From: Pristiophorus japonicus
Taxonomy: Eukaryota
NCBI RefSeq assembly: GCF_044704955.1
Contig: NC_091999.1
Span: forward strand, 50,282,001 to 50,346,000
Length of the DNA: 64,000 nucleotides
Direction of reading: 5' to 3'
Below, one piece after another: positions 36,740 to 48,136 of this stretch. The notes beneath the pieces were generated by a model. That model did no database searches, was not told the origin of the DNA, and saw nothing but the letters and a program-made list of their open reading frames with translations. The translations under genes were made by a program, and so were the position numbers. Numbering within the stretch: the stretch's first letter is position 1; each line of letters begins with the position of its first letter.

Positions 36740-37690
36740 ACTCGTGTAGACTGATAGCATCTCACAGCATTGGAAGAGGCCATTCAGGCATCCAGCCTGT
36801 GCCGGCTCTGAAAGAGCTGTCCAATTTAGTCCAACTCCCCAGAGTTTACATTATAAACGAGCAAATGAGTCCTCCTGACGTACAGGAGATACTGCCTGGA
36901 GCATTCCTGAAATTACCAACCCTCTGTGTGAAAGAAATCACCTGAATTTTACCTTCTGATCTTTTCACAATTATTTTAAAACTGCGACATTTGGTTACCC
37001 ACCTATTTTCCAGCGGAACAATTTCTCTCGAGTTAGTATATCAAAACCTGACATAATGTTGAATATCTCTCTTCGGTCTCCTCTTAACCTCTGCTCTAAG
37101 GAGAATATTCCAACTTCTCCAATCTTTCGACAATACTGAAGACCCCATCCCTGGTATCATCCAGGTAAAACGCTTCCCTTTACACTCCCCAATGGCTTGA
37201 CATCCTTACTACATTGTGGTTACAAAATTGTACGCAATTGTCCAGCTGATGCCTATCACGTGATCTGTAAGTTTAGCATAACCACCTTGATTTTGTAGTG
37301 AATGCCCCATTTACAAAGTCAAGTATCACATACGCTTTCCTAACAGCCTTACCAGTTTGCCCTGCCATCTTCAAAGATTTGTGAATATGTACATCCAGAT
37401 CTCTCTATTCGTGCATCCCCTCAAAACAATACTATTTAGATTATACTGCCTCTCCAACTTCCACCCAATGTGCATCGCTTCTCAATGATTCGCATTTAAT
37501 TGTAATTGCCATGTCCCAGCCTATTTCACTGGTCCATCTGTCTCCTCATGGAGTCTGCTGCTATCATGCTCACTATTGGCTACGTTGCCAGGTTTTGCAT
37601 TATTTTTGAACTTCGAAATTGTATTCCCTGTAACCAAGTCCATGTCATTGTTATACAACAAGAACAACAATGGGAATTGAAACGGGTCAT
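36740..37690 (-). mobile_element. Old degenerate CR1 LINE in the J-C intron
   Basis: Decayed reverse-strand CR1 3' region (GAAGAGGCCATTCAGGCATCCAGCCTGTGCCGGCTCT...AAGTTTAGCATAACCACCTTG). Confidence 0.6.
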
Positions 37691-38428
37691 TTAAGGAGTA
37701 ACTTCAAATTAATCGGATTTTGGAATGGTATTATATTCGGATTATTAATTGAGTGGCAGGAAGCAGGCTACTCAAGAGAAATGCATATAATAGCATGGAA
37801 TAGAGCTCAGATCACAGTGCACTGAAGGACATCGCTCTCCCTCAAATGCTGAGAAAATAAGGAATAAATTCGACTCAATCGCGGTTCATTTACAACTTGC
37901 ATCTTAGAAACTAGACTATGGAAATGCTACCTGTTGAATTATGTGGTAGGCAAGTTTGGAGGGTTTTTTGCTAACGTCCGAAGCAGGAATTCCGATGTTA
38001 CTTTGAAGTGCAGTCACTGTTGTTTTGTACTGATAAACCGCAGGCAACGTGCACAGAGCAAATTTCCCCAAACTGCAATTAAATAAAGGACAAGAAATGG
38101 TGCTGATTGAGAAATAAATGCAGGCCGAAATAACAGGAACATTTCTCTGTTTTGCTATTGTATGATCCAATGAAGGCGTCTTTATTGACGAGTTGTGCAA
38201 AGGTTCTTGTTGTGTAATGTGATAGAGCTCGGTGATAGAGAGGTGCGTTCCTGACCAGCGCATTGACAAGTGCTTACGATAGAACTGACAGAAGCTCAAA
38301 TGCCTGTGTAGTCTTTGATGGAGAAATGGTGGAATTAGTTTATTCTGCAGTCAAATTTCGATTTGTTTATTTTTTTTATAAGCACGGATTACAGAGTCTA
38401 ACTTGTTCAATGGGCCATTCCTTCCCAG

Positions 38429-38728
38429 TAACACCGTCTCCCCCCACCCTCTGCGCCCTGCTCTCCTCCTGTGAACAACCCAGCACCGATGGCTCCATCA
38501 CGTAGGGCTGTTTGGTGATGGACTACTCCCCTGACATCATCAGACTTTTCTGGAAGGAAGATAAAGAGCCGATCACCACTGGATTGAAGATCTACCCGTC
38601 ATTGCTCAAAAGGAATTGAGCCTACACACTGAGCAGCCAGTTAACCATCACCGAGTCCGAGTTGGGGAGCAGCACAATTTGCTGCGAGGTTCGACGTGGT
38701 GGGTCGGCGTGGAGCATCACAATGTCAG
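38429..38728 (+). pseudogene. IGHM: Cmu1 (CH1) exon, two in-frame stops
   Basis: [99 protein letters not shown] at 38427-38428, GT at 38729; TAG at 38503, TGA at 38617. Confidence 0.95.
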
Positions 38729-38769
38729 GTTAATGATGTGGGATACAGGGCAAACTGTGATAAGGTGAG

Positions 38770-39097
38770 AAGTTATGTTCAACTTGTATAGAAACTTGGT
38801 TAGACAACAGTTAGAGTACTGTGCATAGTTCTGGTCTCCATATAATACTTAGAATACTGTGCACAGTTCTAGTTTCCTTATCACATTTAGAATATTGTTT
38901 ACAATTCTGCTTTCCTTCTCATACTTAGAATACTGTGTGAAGTTCTGGTCTCCATATCATACTTAGAATAGTATGCACAGCTCTGGTCTCCATATCACAC
39001 TTAGAATACTGTGCATGGTTCTGGTCCCCATATCGCACTTAGAATATTATGCACAGTTCTGGTCTTTATATTACACTGAGTATACTGTGCACAATCT
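38770..39097 (+). repeat. 38-bp minisatellite derived from the CR1 RT motif LEYCxQFWSP
   Basis: Units TTAGAATACTGTGCACAGTTCTGGTCTCCATATCACAC at 38811, 38849 and onward (about 7.5 copies), preceded by single-copy CR1 sequence (VMFNLYRNLVR). Confidence 0.85.
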
Positions 39098-39219
39098 TGC
39101 TCTCTTCAAATGCCAGGTTCGTGTGAATCTGACAGCAAAGAACTTGTTAAAATATAAGGACACTTTGCATTTCTTAATCATTTAGTTTACAAGCAATGTC
39201 AATAAAATGCCTTCTCGTG

Positions 39220-39540
39220 AACGTCCTGAACGGATCATCGTTCCTCCAATTGTTCTCCTCTTGCTAAGTTCCACTGAACAAATCATCAGCAGCAGATATG
39301 CAAGCGCCATGTGTTCAATCATCGAATTAAGGCCAAAGTCACTGACCGTGAATTGGCTGAAGAGTGGACAACTCCTGGATTCGGGCTTCACCACCTCTCC
39401 CGCCTTTGAGATGAACAGAAACGTTTTGACGGCCAGTCGGCTGACACTCCCCGCCAGGGAATGGTTCACCGGCTCGGTCCACACCTGCCAGGTCACTCAT
39501 GAAGGGGGCACACAAAGCCGTAACTTCAGCAGATCTCAGG
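39220..39540 (+). pseudogene. IGHM: Cmu2 (CH2) exon; open frame, but the acceptor appears mutated
   Basis: ERPERIIVPPIVLLLLSSTEQIISSRYASAMCSIIELRPKSLTVNWLKSGQLLDSGFTTSP...SRLTLPAREWFTGSVHTCQVTHEGGTQSRNFSRSQ. GTAAG donor at 39541; TG rather than AG at the expected acceptor (39218-39219). Confidence 0.9.
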
Positions 39541-39669
39541 GTAAGAGGCACAATCCAGGGAGGTTCCAGACCATTCTGAGCGCTGATCTCAGTCAGGACT
39601 TTGATTGAAATTAGTAGAAAGCAGAGGAATATTCCTAATTTCCAATCATGCAGTTTGTGTATTTTTGCA

Positions 39670-40105
39670 ATACAATGTTGCCTTTATACAGCGCCTTCAG
39701 CGACCACAGACTGAACCAAAGCGCTTGCCAGGCAATGAATTAAGTTGTGAAATGTGGTTACAGTTGTAATGTATAAAGTGCGGCAGTCATTTAGTGCACA
39801 GCAAGCTCCCAATAAACAGCAGTGTGATAACGACTATTTTTTTTGTTCAGTGTTATTTCTTGAGGTATTAATATTCCCAGGACACTAGGGAGAACTCCTC
39901 TGCTTTTCATTGAAATAATTCCAGGGGAACTTTTACCTCCACCTGAGAGGCTAGACGGATTCTTGGTTTAACACATGATCCCAAATACGGCACCTCCGAC
40001 AATGCACCACGCCCCCAGTACTGCACTGAGAGACTCAGCTTACATATTGTGATCAAATAACTGGAGTGAGACTTCAACCCACGATCTTCTGGTTCAGGAT
40101 TCCTC
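39670..40105 (-). mobile_element. Deu-domain SINE
   Basis: Reverse-strand copy of the family at 22130-22580 (CTTTTACCTCCACCTGAGAGG...ACGGCACCTCCGACAATGCA..CCCAGTACTGCACTG). Confidence 0.7.
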
Positions 40106-40289
40106 ATTGCTCAGGGTTTATTAACCTCGCCAAAGTAGCTTTCCCCTTGCTCTGGCGTCAGGCAGTGAGTGAAGTGTCCTTAGTCTCAGGTATATCCTGA
40201 GTTGGCTGATCATATACGAAATGGCAATAGGTGTCTGGAATCCTTTAATGCTAACTGTCCAGGAACCCACTGCAAGAATGGGCATCTAC

Positions 40290-40810
40290 CCTATTCAGAG
40301 TACTGAGCCCAATTCTGGGCTCCGCACCTGAGGAAGGATATACGTGGAGGTGCTGAACTGCAGGTTTACCCGAATTATACCGGGGCTAATAATGTAAAAT
40401 GATCAGGTGGTGAGTATAGAACGTCAAGAGATGATCCAATTGACGTGTTTAAGTTGATAAATGGAATTGTATCGATTAGATATAGAAACATTTATTTAGT
40501 TTGATGTGAGAGTCCACAACAAGTAGCAGAACCTTAACATTAGAGTTAGGCCGTGCAGAGGTGATGTCAGAAAAGATTTTCTCACAGGAAGAATAGTGCA
40601 AGTCGGGATTTCCCTCCCCAAAAGCTGCTGACACTTGCTTTCAATTGAAAAGTTGAAAACTGAAATTGATAGATTTGTGTTCGGCAAGGTTATCATGGGT
40701 TACATAACCAAGGCGTGAAGATGGTGTTGAGTGTTGATCAGCCATGATATAACTAGATGGCGGGACAGAATGGATGGGCTGAATGGCCTTCTCCTATTCC
40801 TATGTTACTA
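40290..40810 (+). mobile_element. Degenerate CR1 3' end
   Basis: LEY.AQFWAPHLRKDI-like start; ends ATGGGCTGAATGGCCTTCTCCTATTCCTATGTT. Confidence 0.65.
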
Positions 40811-41512
40811 TTAATGCCCTGAGGTCATAGTGCTTTCTGAATCTCTCTCACCAGACATGATAAATGTTCAGTAATTACAGATATTTACAAACTACCTCAC
40901 ATCATTACAAATGATGCCCCACCACAAAAGATTCCTTGCAACTCCATTCTCCGGAACTTGCACTTCTCCTCTGACGGGGGATGTGACTGGTTCGTGCACA
41001 TTTTCATCGCAACAAAAATAGCAGCAAAAGACTAGAACCTTAACTTTGTTTCCTGTTGTCCCATAAATCCTGAAATTAATTTGACACTGGTTTTGAACAA
41101 GTATAATGCTGGTGTAGACCTCTTGAACTTGGGCTATTCGGGCTTCAGCTATTATAACCAGTGGAGATGCACTTGGGTGCAATAATCTATAGATGGGCAT
41201 AAAGGAGCAAAGGATTTCAGAAAGAGCGCTATTCAGTGCCTATCACAATTGCGTCCCAATGTATTCCCATTTTATGCCAGGCATTTGTTTCATAGCCCAT
41301 TACAGGTGGCTCTGGCTCAAATACACAGGAAATATTACAGACCTCCCGGAATCGTTGCCAATTCATTGTCCTTCCATAACGACGGTGTTCAAGCAATAGC
41401 GAGAGGTTGATATCTCAAAAGTGAGAATTTCCACTTGAAAGAGTTAAGGCTAATTATTGGTGTCCTGATTCTGAAGATGCGGCTTTTCCTGACTTTCATT
41501 CCTGTTTCGCAG

Positions 41513-41819
41513 TGGATGTCCCATGCAGCGATTAAAAATCACTCTTCGCCCACCGTAACTGGAACAGGTTTTACTGGAGGCGACGGTGACCTTAACGTGT
41601 GTCGTGTCTGACGCTCCTTATGGGCTCACCGTGACCTGGACCCGAAAAAACGAGACTTTGAAATCAGAGATTGCCGTCCAACCCGGAGAGGATCCCAACG
41701 TGTGATCAGCAACTTAAACATCTCGACAAAAGACTGGCTGAGTGGGGATAAGTTCTACTGCGTGGTGAGCCATCAGGATATGCCGATTCCTCTCAGAGAT
41801 TCCAGCCACAAGGAAAAGG
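41513..41819 (+). pseudogene. IGHM: Cmu3 (CH3) exon, frameshifted with stop
   Basis: VDVPCSD / [54 protein letters not shown] / [41 protein letters not shown] at 41511-41512, GTGAG at 41820. Confidence 0.92.
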
Positions 41820-42736
41820 GTGAGCGGGGAGATTGTTGCAATAAGTGAGCAACTGCGACAATTTCGATGCGTGTGCAAGGGCCAATTGATTATATAAAGT
41901 GTTTAATGGCTACTCTGATCATTCAGGTTGGTAATTCCACCAACTCAGCACTCTGGGACCTGACATTATGTATTTTAGGGGAAACTGGATAAGTCCATGA
42001 GCGAGAAAGAAATAGAAGCGTATATTATTAGGGTTAGATGAAGTGGGCTCGGAGGAGGCTTGTGTGGATCACAACCACCGGCATAGACCAGTTGGCCAAA
42101 TCTCCTCGTTCTGTACATTAAATTCTATGTCATTTTCCAGTCCAACGCTTCAAGATTTCAGAGAGAAAGATCACGTTCCCTCGGATAAGGGATGGAAAAC
42201 CAGAGAGGCAACAGAGGGGAAAAGGTAAAACGTTAAGATTCAACGCAGTGTCCATTTCTCTCACATCTAACCACCGGAAAATTGCTGAATTTAAATGAGG
42301 AAGGCGAGTTGTGGGCGTTGGTCTCACAGGCCACCAGTGAGAGCGGGAGGATTGGAAGCCGAGTGAGGAGGTCGCGGATCGCGGGCGATGGGTTAGGCAG
42401 GGACCCTGGATCCAGGAGTTCGGTGTAAGGGCAATTACCAGCTGGGTGCAGCAATCCCCGCATTGCTGTAACTGCTGAGATTTACACAGTTTGTCAAGCC
42501 GGACCAGCGACAGTTAAACACCAAATGGTGGTTAAAATAGAGGATTCCAATCTCATTTAAATATATTACTCAAATATAATATTACAACAGGAAGTAGGCG
42601 AGTTGAGTTCGGGATTCTGATTTTTACCAATTTAACAACCTCCACGCCCAATACCCGCCCGCTGTATTGGGTTGAAATTCCCCCATTGTCTCTGGAACTA
42701 TCCAGTTCATTGGCCTTTGTTGTAACTGTCCTACAG

Positions 42737-43102
42737 CGAAAGATCCGCGGGAACCGGCCATGTCTGTCCTCCTGCCCTCGGCAGAAGAAGTCTCCGCCCA
42801 GAGGTTGGTCAGCCTCACCTGCTTAGTGAGAGGTTCTCCCCCCGAGAGATCTTCGTCAAAAGGACCGTCAATGATAAACTGGTGGATTCCGGCAACTACA
42901 AGAACACCGAGGTGATGGCGGAGAACGGCAGCAGCTCCTTCTTCATCTACAGCCTGCTATCCATTGCAACCAAGGAATGGGCCAGCGGCGCCTCTCACTC
43001 CTGTGTGGTGGGATATGAAGCGATCCCATTGATAATCACCAACAGATCCGTCAATAAATCCAGTGGTAAAGCATTTCCCTTGTTCTGATGGACAACGTCA
43101 TT
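42737..43102 (+). pseudogene. IGHM: Cmu4 (CH4) exon and first part of the secretory tailpiece, frameshifted
   Basis: [32 protein letters not shown], 1-nt deletion, SPREIFVK(R for W)[69 protein letters not shown], then a small deletion and [10 protein letters not shown]. Internal TM splice donor G/GTAAA at 43065/43066. Confidence 0.93.
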
Positions 43103-45030
43103 AGAACATAAGAACATAAGAATTAGTAACAGAAGTAGGCCATCTAGCCTCTCGAGCCTGCTCCGCCATTCAACAAGATCATGGCTGATCTGGTAGTGGA
43201 CTCAGCTCCACTTACCCGCCCGCTCCCCATAACCCTTAATTCCCTTATTGGTTAAAAATCTATCTATCTGTGAATTGAATACATTCAATGAGCTATCCTC
43301 AATTCCTCCCCTTTGCAGAGAATTCCACAGATTCACAACTTTGTTGAAGAAGAAATTCCTTCTCAACTCAGTTTTAAATTGGCTCACTCGTATTTTGAGT
43401 CTCTGCCCCCGAGTTCTAGTCTCCCCGACCAGTGGAAACAACCCCACTGCCTCGATCTTGTTTATGCCTTTCATTGTTTGAAATGTTTCTATCGATCACC
43501 CCTCATCCTTCTGAACTCCAACGAGTAAAGTCCCAGTCTACTCAATCTATCATCATAAGGTAACCCCCTCATCTCCTGAATCAGCCTCGTGAATCATCTC
43601 TGTACCCCCTCCAAAGCTAGTATATCCTTCCTTAAGTAAGGTGGACAAAACTGCACGCAGTACTCCAGGTGCGGCCTCACCAACACCCTATACAGTTGCA
43701 GAAGGACCTCCCTGCTTTTGTACTCCATCCCTCTGGCAATGAAGGCCAACATTCCATTCGCCTTCCTGATTACCTGCTGCACCTGCAAACTAACATCTTG
43801 GGATTCATGGACAAGGACCCCCAGATCCCTCTGCATCGCAGCATGTTATAATTTCTCCCCATTCAAATAATATTCCCTTTTCGTGTTTTTTTTCCTCAAG
43901 GTGGATGACCTCACACTTTCCGACATTGTATTCCATCTGGCAAGCCTTAGCCCATTCGCTTAACCTATCTAAATCTCTTTGCAGCCTTTCTGTGTCCTCT
44001 GTACAACCCGCTTTCCCACTAATCTTTGTGTCATCTGCAAATTTTGTTACACTACACTCTGTCCCCTCTTCCAGGTCATCTATGTATATTGTAAACAGTG
44101 GTAGTCCCAGCATCGATCCCTGTGGCACACCACTAACCACCGATTTCCAACCCGAAAAGGACCCATTCATCGCGACTTTCTGTTTTCTGTTAGCCAGCCA
44201 ATTCTCTATCAATGCTAATACATTTCCTCTGACTCCGCGTACCTTTATCTTCTGCAGTAAGTTTTTGTGTGGGACCTTATCGAATGCCTTTTGAAAATCT
44301 AAATACACCACATCCATCGGTTCACCTCTATCCACCATGCTCGTTAACTCCTCAAAGAATTCCAGTAAATTAGTTAAACATGATTTCCCCTTCATGAATC
44401 CATGCTGCGTCTGCTTGATTGCACTATTCCAATCTAGATGTCCCGCTATTTCTTCCTTAATGATTTTTCAAGCATTTTCCCCACTACAGATGTTAAACTA
44501 ACCGGCCTATAGTTACCTGCCTTTTGTCTGCCCTCTTTTTTACACAGAAGTGTTACATTAGCTTCTTTCCAATCCGCTGGTACCACCCCAGAGTCCAGAG
44601 AGTTTTGGTGGATTATAACGAATGCATCTGCTATAACTTCCGCCATCGATTTTAATACCCTGGGATGCATTTCATCAGGACCAGGGGACTTTTCTACCTT
44701 GAGTCCCATTAGCCTGTCCAGCACTACCCCCCTAGTGATAGTGATTGTCTCAAGGTCCTCCCTTCCCTCATTCCTTTGACCAGCAATTTCTGGCATGGTT
44801 TTTGTGTCTTCCACTGTGGAGACCGAAGCAAAATAATTGTTTTAGCTCTCAGCCATTTCCACATTTCCCATTATTAAAACTGTCTTCTCATCTTCTAAGG
44901 GACCAACATTTACTTTAGTCACTCTTTTCCGTTTTACATATCTGTAAAAGCTTTTACTATCCGTTTTCATGTTTTGCGCAAGTTTACCTTTGTAATCGAT
45001 CTTTCCTTTCTTTATTGCTTTCTTCGTCAT
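43103..45030 (-). mobile_element. About 1.9-kb 5'-truncated CR1 LINE inserted in the IgM tailpiece
   Basis: Tail AGAACATAAGAACATAAGAA at 43103; RT motifs LDFQKAFDKVPH, SGVPQGS, KFADDTK, RPHLEYCVQF in ORFs 43594-45039. Confidence 0.95.
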
Positions 45031-45086
45031 TCTTGTCAATGAGAATGTCTCGATTGCATTTCAGTTCTTGAATAAAAAACAATAAA
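45031..45086 (+). terminator. IGHM: End of the secretory tailpiece (SCQ*) and poly(A) signals
   Basis: TCT TGT CAA TGA at 45031-45042; AATAAA at 45071 and 45081. Confidence 0.85.
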
Positions 45087-45759
45087 GGGCTTTTCTTCCA
45101 ATCGTGAGTTAAACACACAGCCTTTACAATTAATTATGTTTCCTATTTTGGCCAATGTGAGGGCTGTTTATCTGAAGTAGCGTGTTTGCGGATATCGTTC
45201 CCAAGGCTTGTACAGCCAGCGCTCCCAGCTCAGATACAGCATGAGTTAGAAATTGGGTGGAGTTCTCTCATTACAGGATTCCTGAAGGTAACTTCAGCTG
45301 AGAGGGAGTAAAGGGTAATTTTAACTCACTGTACCTCTCACACGCACCAGCGAGAGGAGAAAGGGAAAGGTGTAATTCATGTAACCTCCACTGCCCCTCC
45401 CGCAGGGAGATGGGAAGTGAACCACTCTCTTTGAAATGCAGTAAGTTGCCATCGTACGTTCTAACCCATGATCTAAAGATTTTAAACTTGCCATATGAGT
45501 ATTATATTCTGAAATAACTATTTATTCCACGTAATATTTTTAAATAGGGTTGGGGATGCAACAGTCCCTGTTAATTGTAAACTAACATGTTGAATTCTAA
45601 TGGGCCATGTCTAAACTGGTGACTGAATCCTCTGCGGGTTTCTCACAGTTGTGTCCCTGATGTTGCTGAAGCCCATCGGTTGAATTGTTGCATTCGTTCG
45701 GCTGATGTCACATTGCGCCTCACACAGAACACATTTACACTGAGCGGAGGAGAATACAT

Positions 45760-46710
45760 GTGAAAGTGAGTTTGTGTGTGTTCACATGTGAGTGTTTTGA
45801 TGATTTTGTATAAGTTTGTGTTTTTGTGTAAGTGCACAATTACACATAAACACACATAGACTTACATATAAAGATATACTAACAACCTGACACATAATAT
45901 TATACATAACTAGAATATAATGAAAACTATCATTGTCAAATCCAGTTATTGGTACTCACTGAAACTTTGAACAATAGCAATAATACACGTCAATCGAAAC
46001 GTACACTTGCACAACTGAAACTTATACACACTTACAAAAACATAGACACACATATCAATCCAGACACACACTAACACAAAACACACTTACACACATTTAC
46101 ACACATATCAACACATACATCAATCCACACACACATTTACACAAAACACACTTATACATACTTACACACATATAAACACACACATCTATCCACACACACA
46201 CTTGCACAAAGCAAACTTACACACACATAAACACACACATCAATCCACACACACACTTACACAAAACACACAAACAGACTTACACACAGATAAATATACA
46301 CGTCAATCCACACACAGACTTGCACAAAACACATACACACTCGTAAACCAACGCATCAATCCAAATACAGATATACACAAAACACACACACGCTTACATG
46401 CAAACACACTATTGCACTTATACACACGCATCAATCAAAACACACACTTACACGAAACATACACACACAAACACACACAGACTTACATCTAAACATGAAC
46501 AACATTGAGACATAACCATACACTTACAGGAAAGCACACACCTCAACACACTTACACAAGCATGAACATGCATATAAATCCAAACACAAACTAACACAAA
46601 ACACACACACACACTTACATGTAAACACAATGTTACACGAAAACTCAAACATACTTACACCTCAACATAACCAAACATTTCGACATAACCATACTTATAC
46701 ATGTCCACAC
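45760..46710. repeat. CA-rich degenerate simple repeat
   Basis: (CA)n-derived low-complexity sequence. Confidence 0.85.
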
Positions 46711-47000
46711 ATGAACAAAGCATCACGTTAAATTGAGTCATTATTATTTTATCCATTTTTGTAACTGCTGATAAATCTTCATTTAGAAATAGAAAGATCA
46801 AGACCAAAATTATTAATCAATAACATAAAGGTACACATTGCATACCAGTTCTTGTAATATCTTTGTAAAGCCAAGCTCAGTAATGAATTCTGTGTGAGCA
46901 TGGTCTGTATAATTGTTCTCAGAGAAGTGATTCGTGCCACAGAGAGGGAGGGAGATAGAGATAACATAGAAAGTCAAAGGCAATAGATAATATGATCTAT

Positions 47001-48136
47001 TGTAAGGCTAAACCAGCTGTAAATTTTCACAGCTTTTGAATGGGAGAAAAATGGTATAAAGTAACAGCACTTCTACTCAGAAGGCAGTGCAAATCAAGCG
47101 AACAGGAGATAAGGAGTCGGCACCACGGTCAGCTCGAGAGGACGTTATCGAGAATTAGGCTGCGACTATAATTTGTTTAGTGTTACTTTTTGTAACAGAA
47201 TGTAATTTACTTGATAAAACACTGTTTTTACTCACTATACCTCTATTAAAAGCATTTGGTATGATCTGAACAAGAGTCTCCCAGTTTGAATTAAATATAT
47301 ACCCTGAATATAGTTGAATTGCTATAGTTAGCAAAGCGGCAAAAAGCTGCTCATTGGATAAAAACTACATCTGGCGACCACGAAGGAACAAAACAAAGAG
47401 ATATTGAACAAAATGCAATATACTCAATAATCAAGTTAATTGGGAACTCTTGTAATTTTTTCTGTCTATTTGAAAACAAGTTGTTGTGTATCACCAGCAG
47501 ATGTAAGGCAGATCGTTTGATCACCGATCAAATCTTGATTTACGTCAACTGCTAGTGACTGTTATCTTCATTAAGGAAGCTTGCTTAAAAATAATAAATT
47601 TTCAGATGCCGGAGGAGTGTCTCTTGGAAGAGTATCAGAAAAAGATAGAAAAAAGATGGGACGAAACGCAAGTGCAGACACTGTTGCTAGATTGCCTCGG
47701 GAAGAATCCGAATGCATCCCTTAAGGATGTGGTCACTTTTATTTATGAACAGATTAAAGCTAAGAAATGGAAGCTGGGTAAGGCGATGCGTCTAGTCACC
47801 TGTGCAGCTTCGTACTTCCCAGGACGTCAATCAAAGGTCAAGAAAGAATTAGAGGATAAAATATCAGAACTGGAAAAAAAAATCGGCTAAGAATGAAGAA
47901 TTGCAGAAAATAGATTCAGACATTAAACAGAAAATTGTGAATTTGCAGAGTCAATTTGCCTCAGCTACTGCAGTAATCCAACAGCAGAGTATCAATGCAA
48001 TTCACGTCGGGGCTGCAGTGCAAACAATTCGGAAATCTTGAGGTGTAAAAAGAAGATCTAAGCAGAGAGAATAAACGTCTTACCAAACAATGAGAGGACT
48101 CATGGGGAGCAATGATGGAGGCTTTGCATCGACCCC
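47001..48136 (+). mobile_element. ERV-A: LTR (47001-47369), tRNA-Arg PBS (47372-47389) and truncated gag-like ORF
   Basis: TGTA...TACA termini. TGGCGACCACGAAGGAAC is 17/18 complementary to the tRNA-Arg(TCG) 3' end as recalled. ORF 47555-47890 leads into a coiled-coil-like region and is cut off by ERV-B. Confidence 0.75.

Noticed and set aside
33413-37820. Isolated heptamers CACTGTG/CACAGTG (about 33414, 35303, 37813; also 63747 and 63761)
   Set aside because: No nonamer at 12 or 22/23 spacing and no adjoining D or J coding sequence.
37985-38160. Possible extra Ig domain in the J-Cmu1 intron (DVTLKCS ... MQAEITGTFLC)
   Set aside because: The two cysteines are out of frame and only about 46 codons apart, with no core Trp or splice sites; probably chance.
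30948-45042. IgW or IgNAR identity, or a functional IgM gene
   Set aside because: VH and the four C exons match shark mu-chain motifs. Stops or frameshifts in V, CH1, CH3 and CH4, a probably mutated CH2 acceptor and a split tailpiece exclude function.
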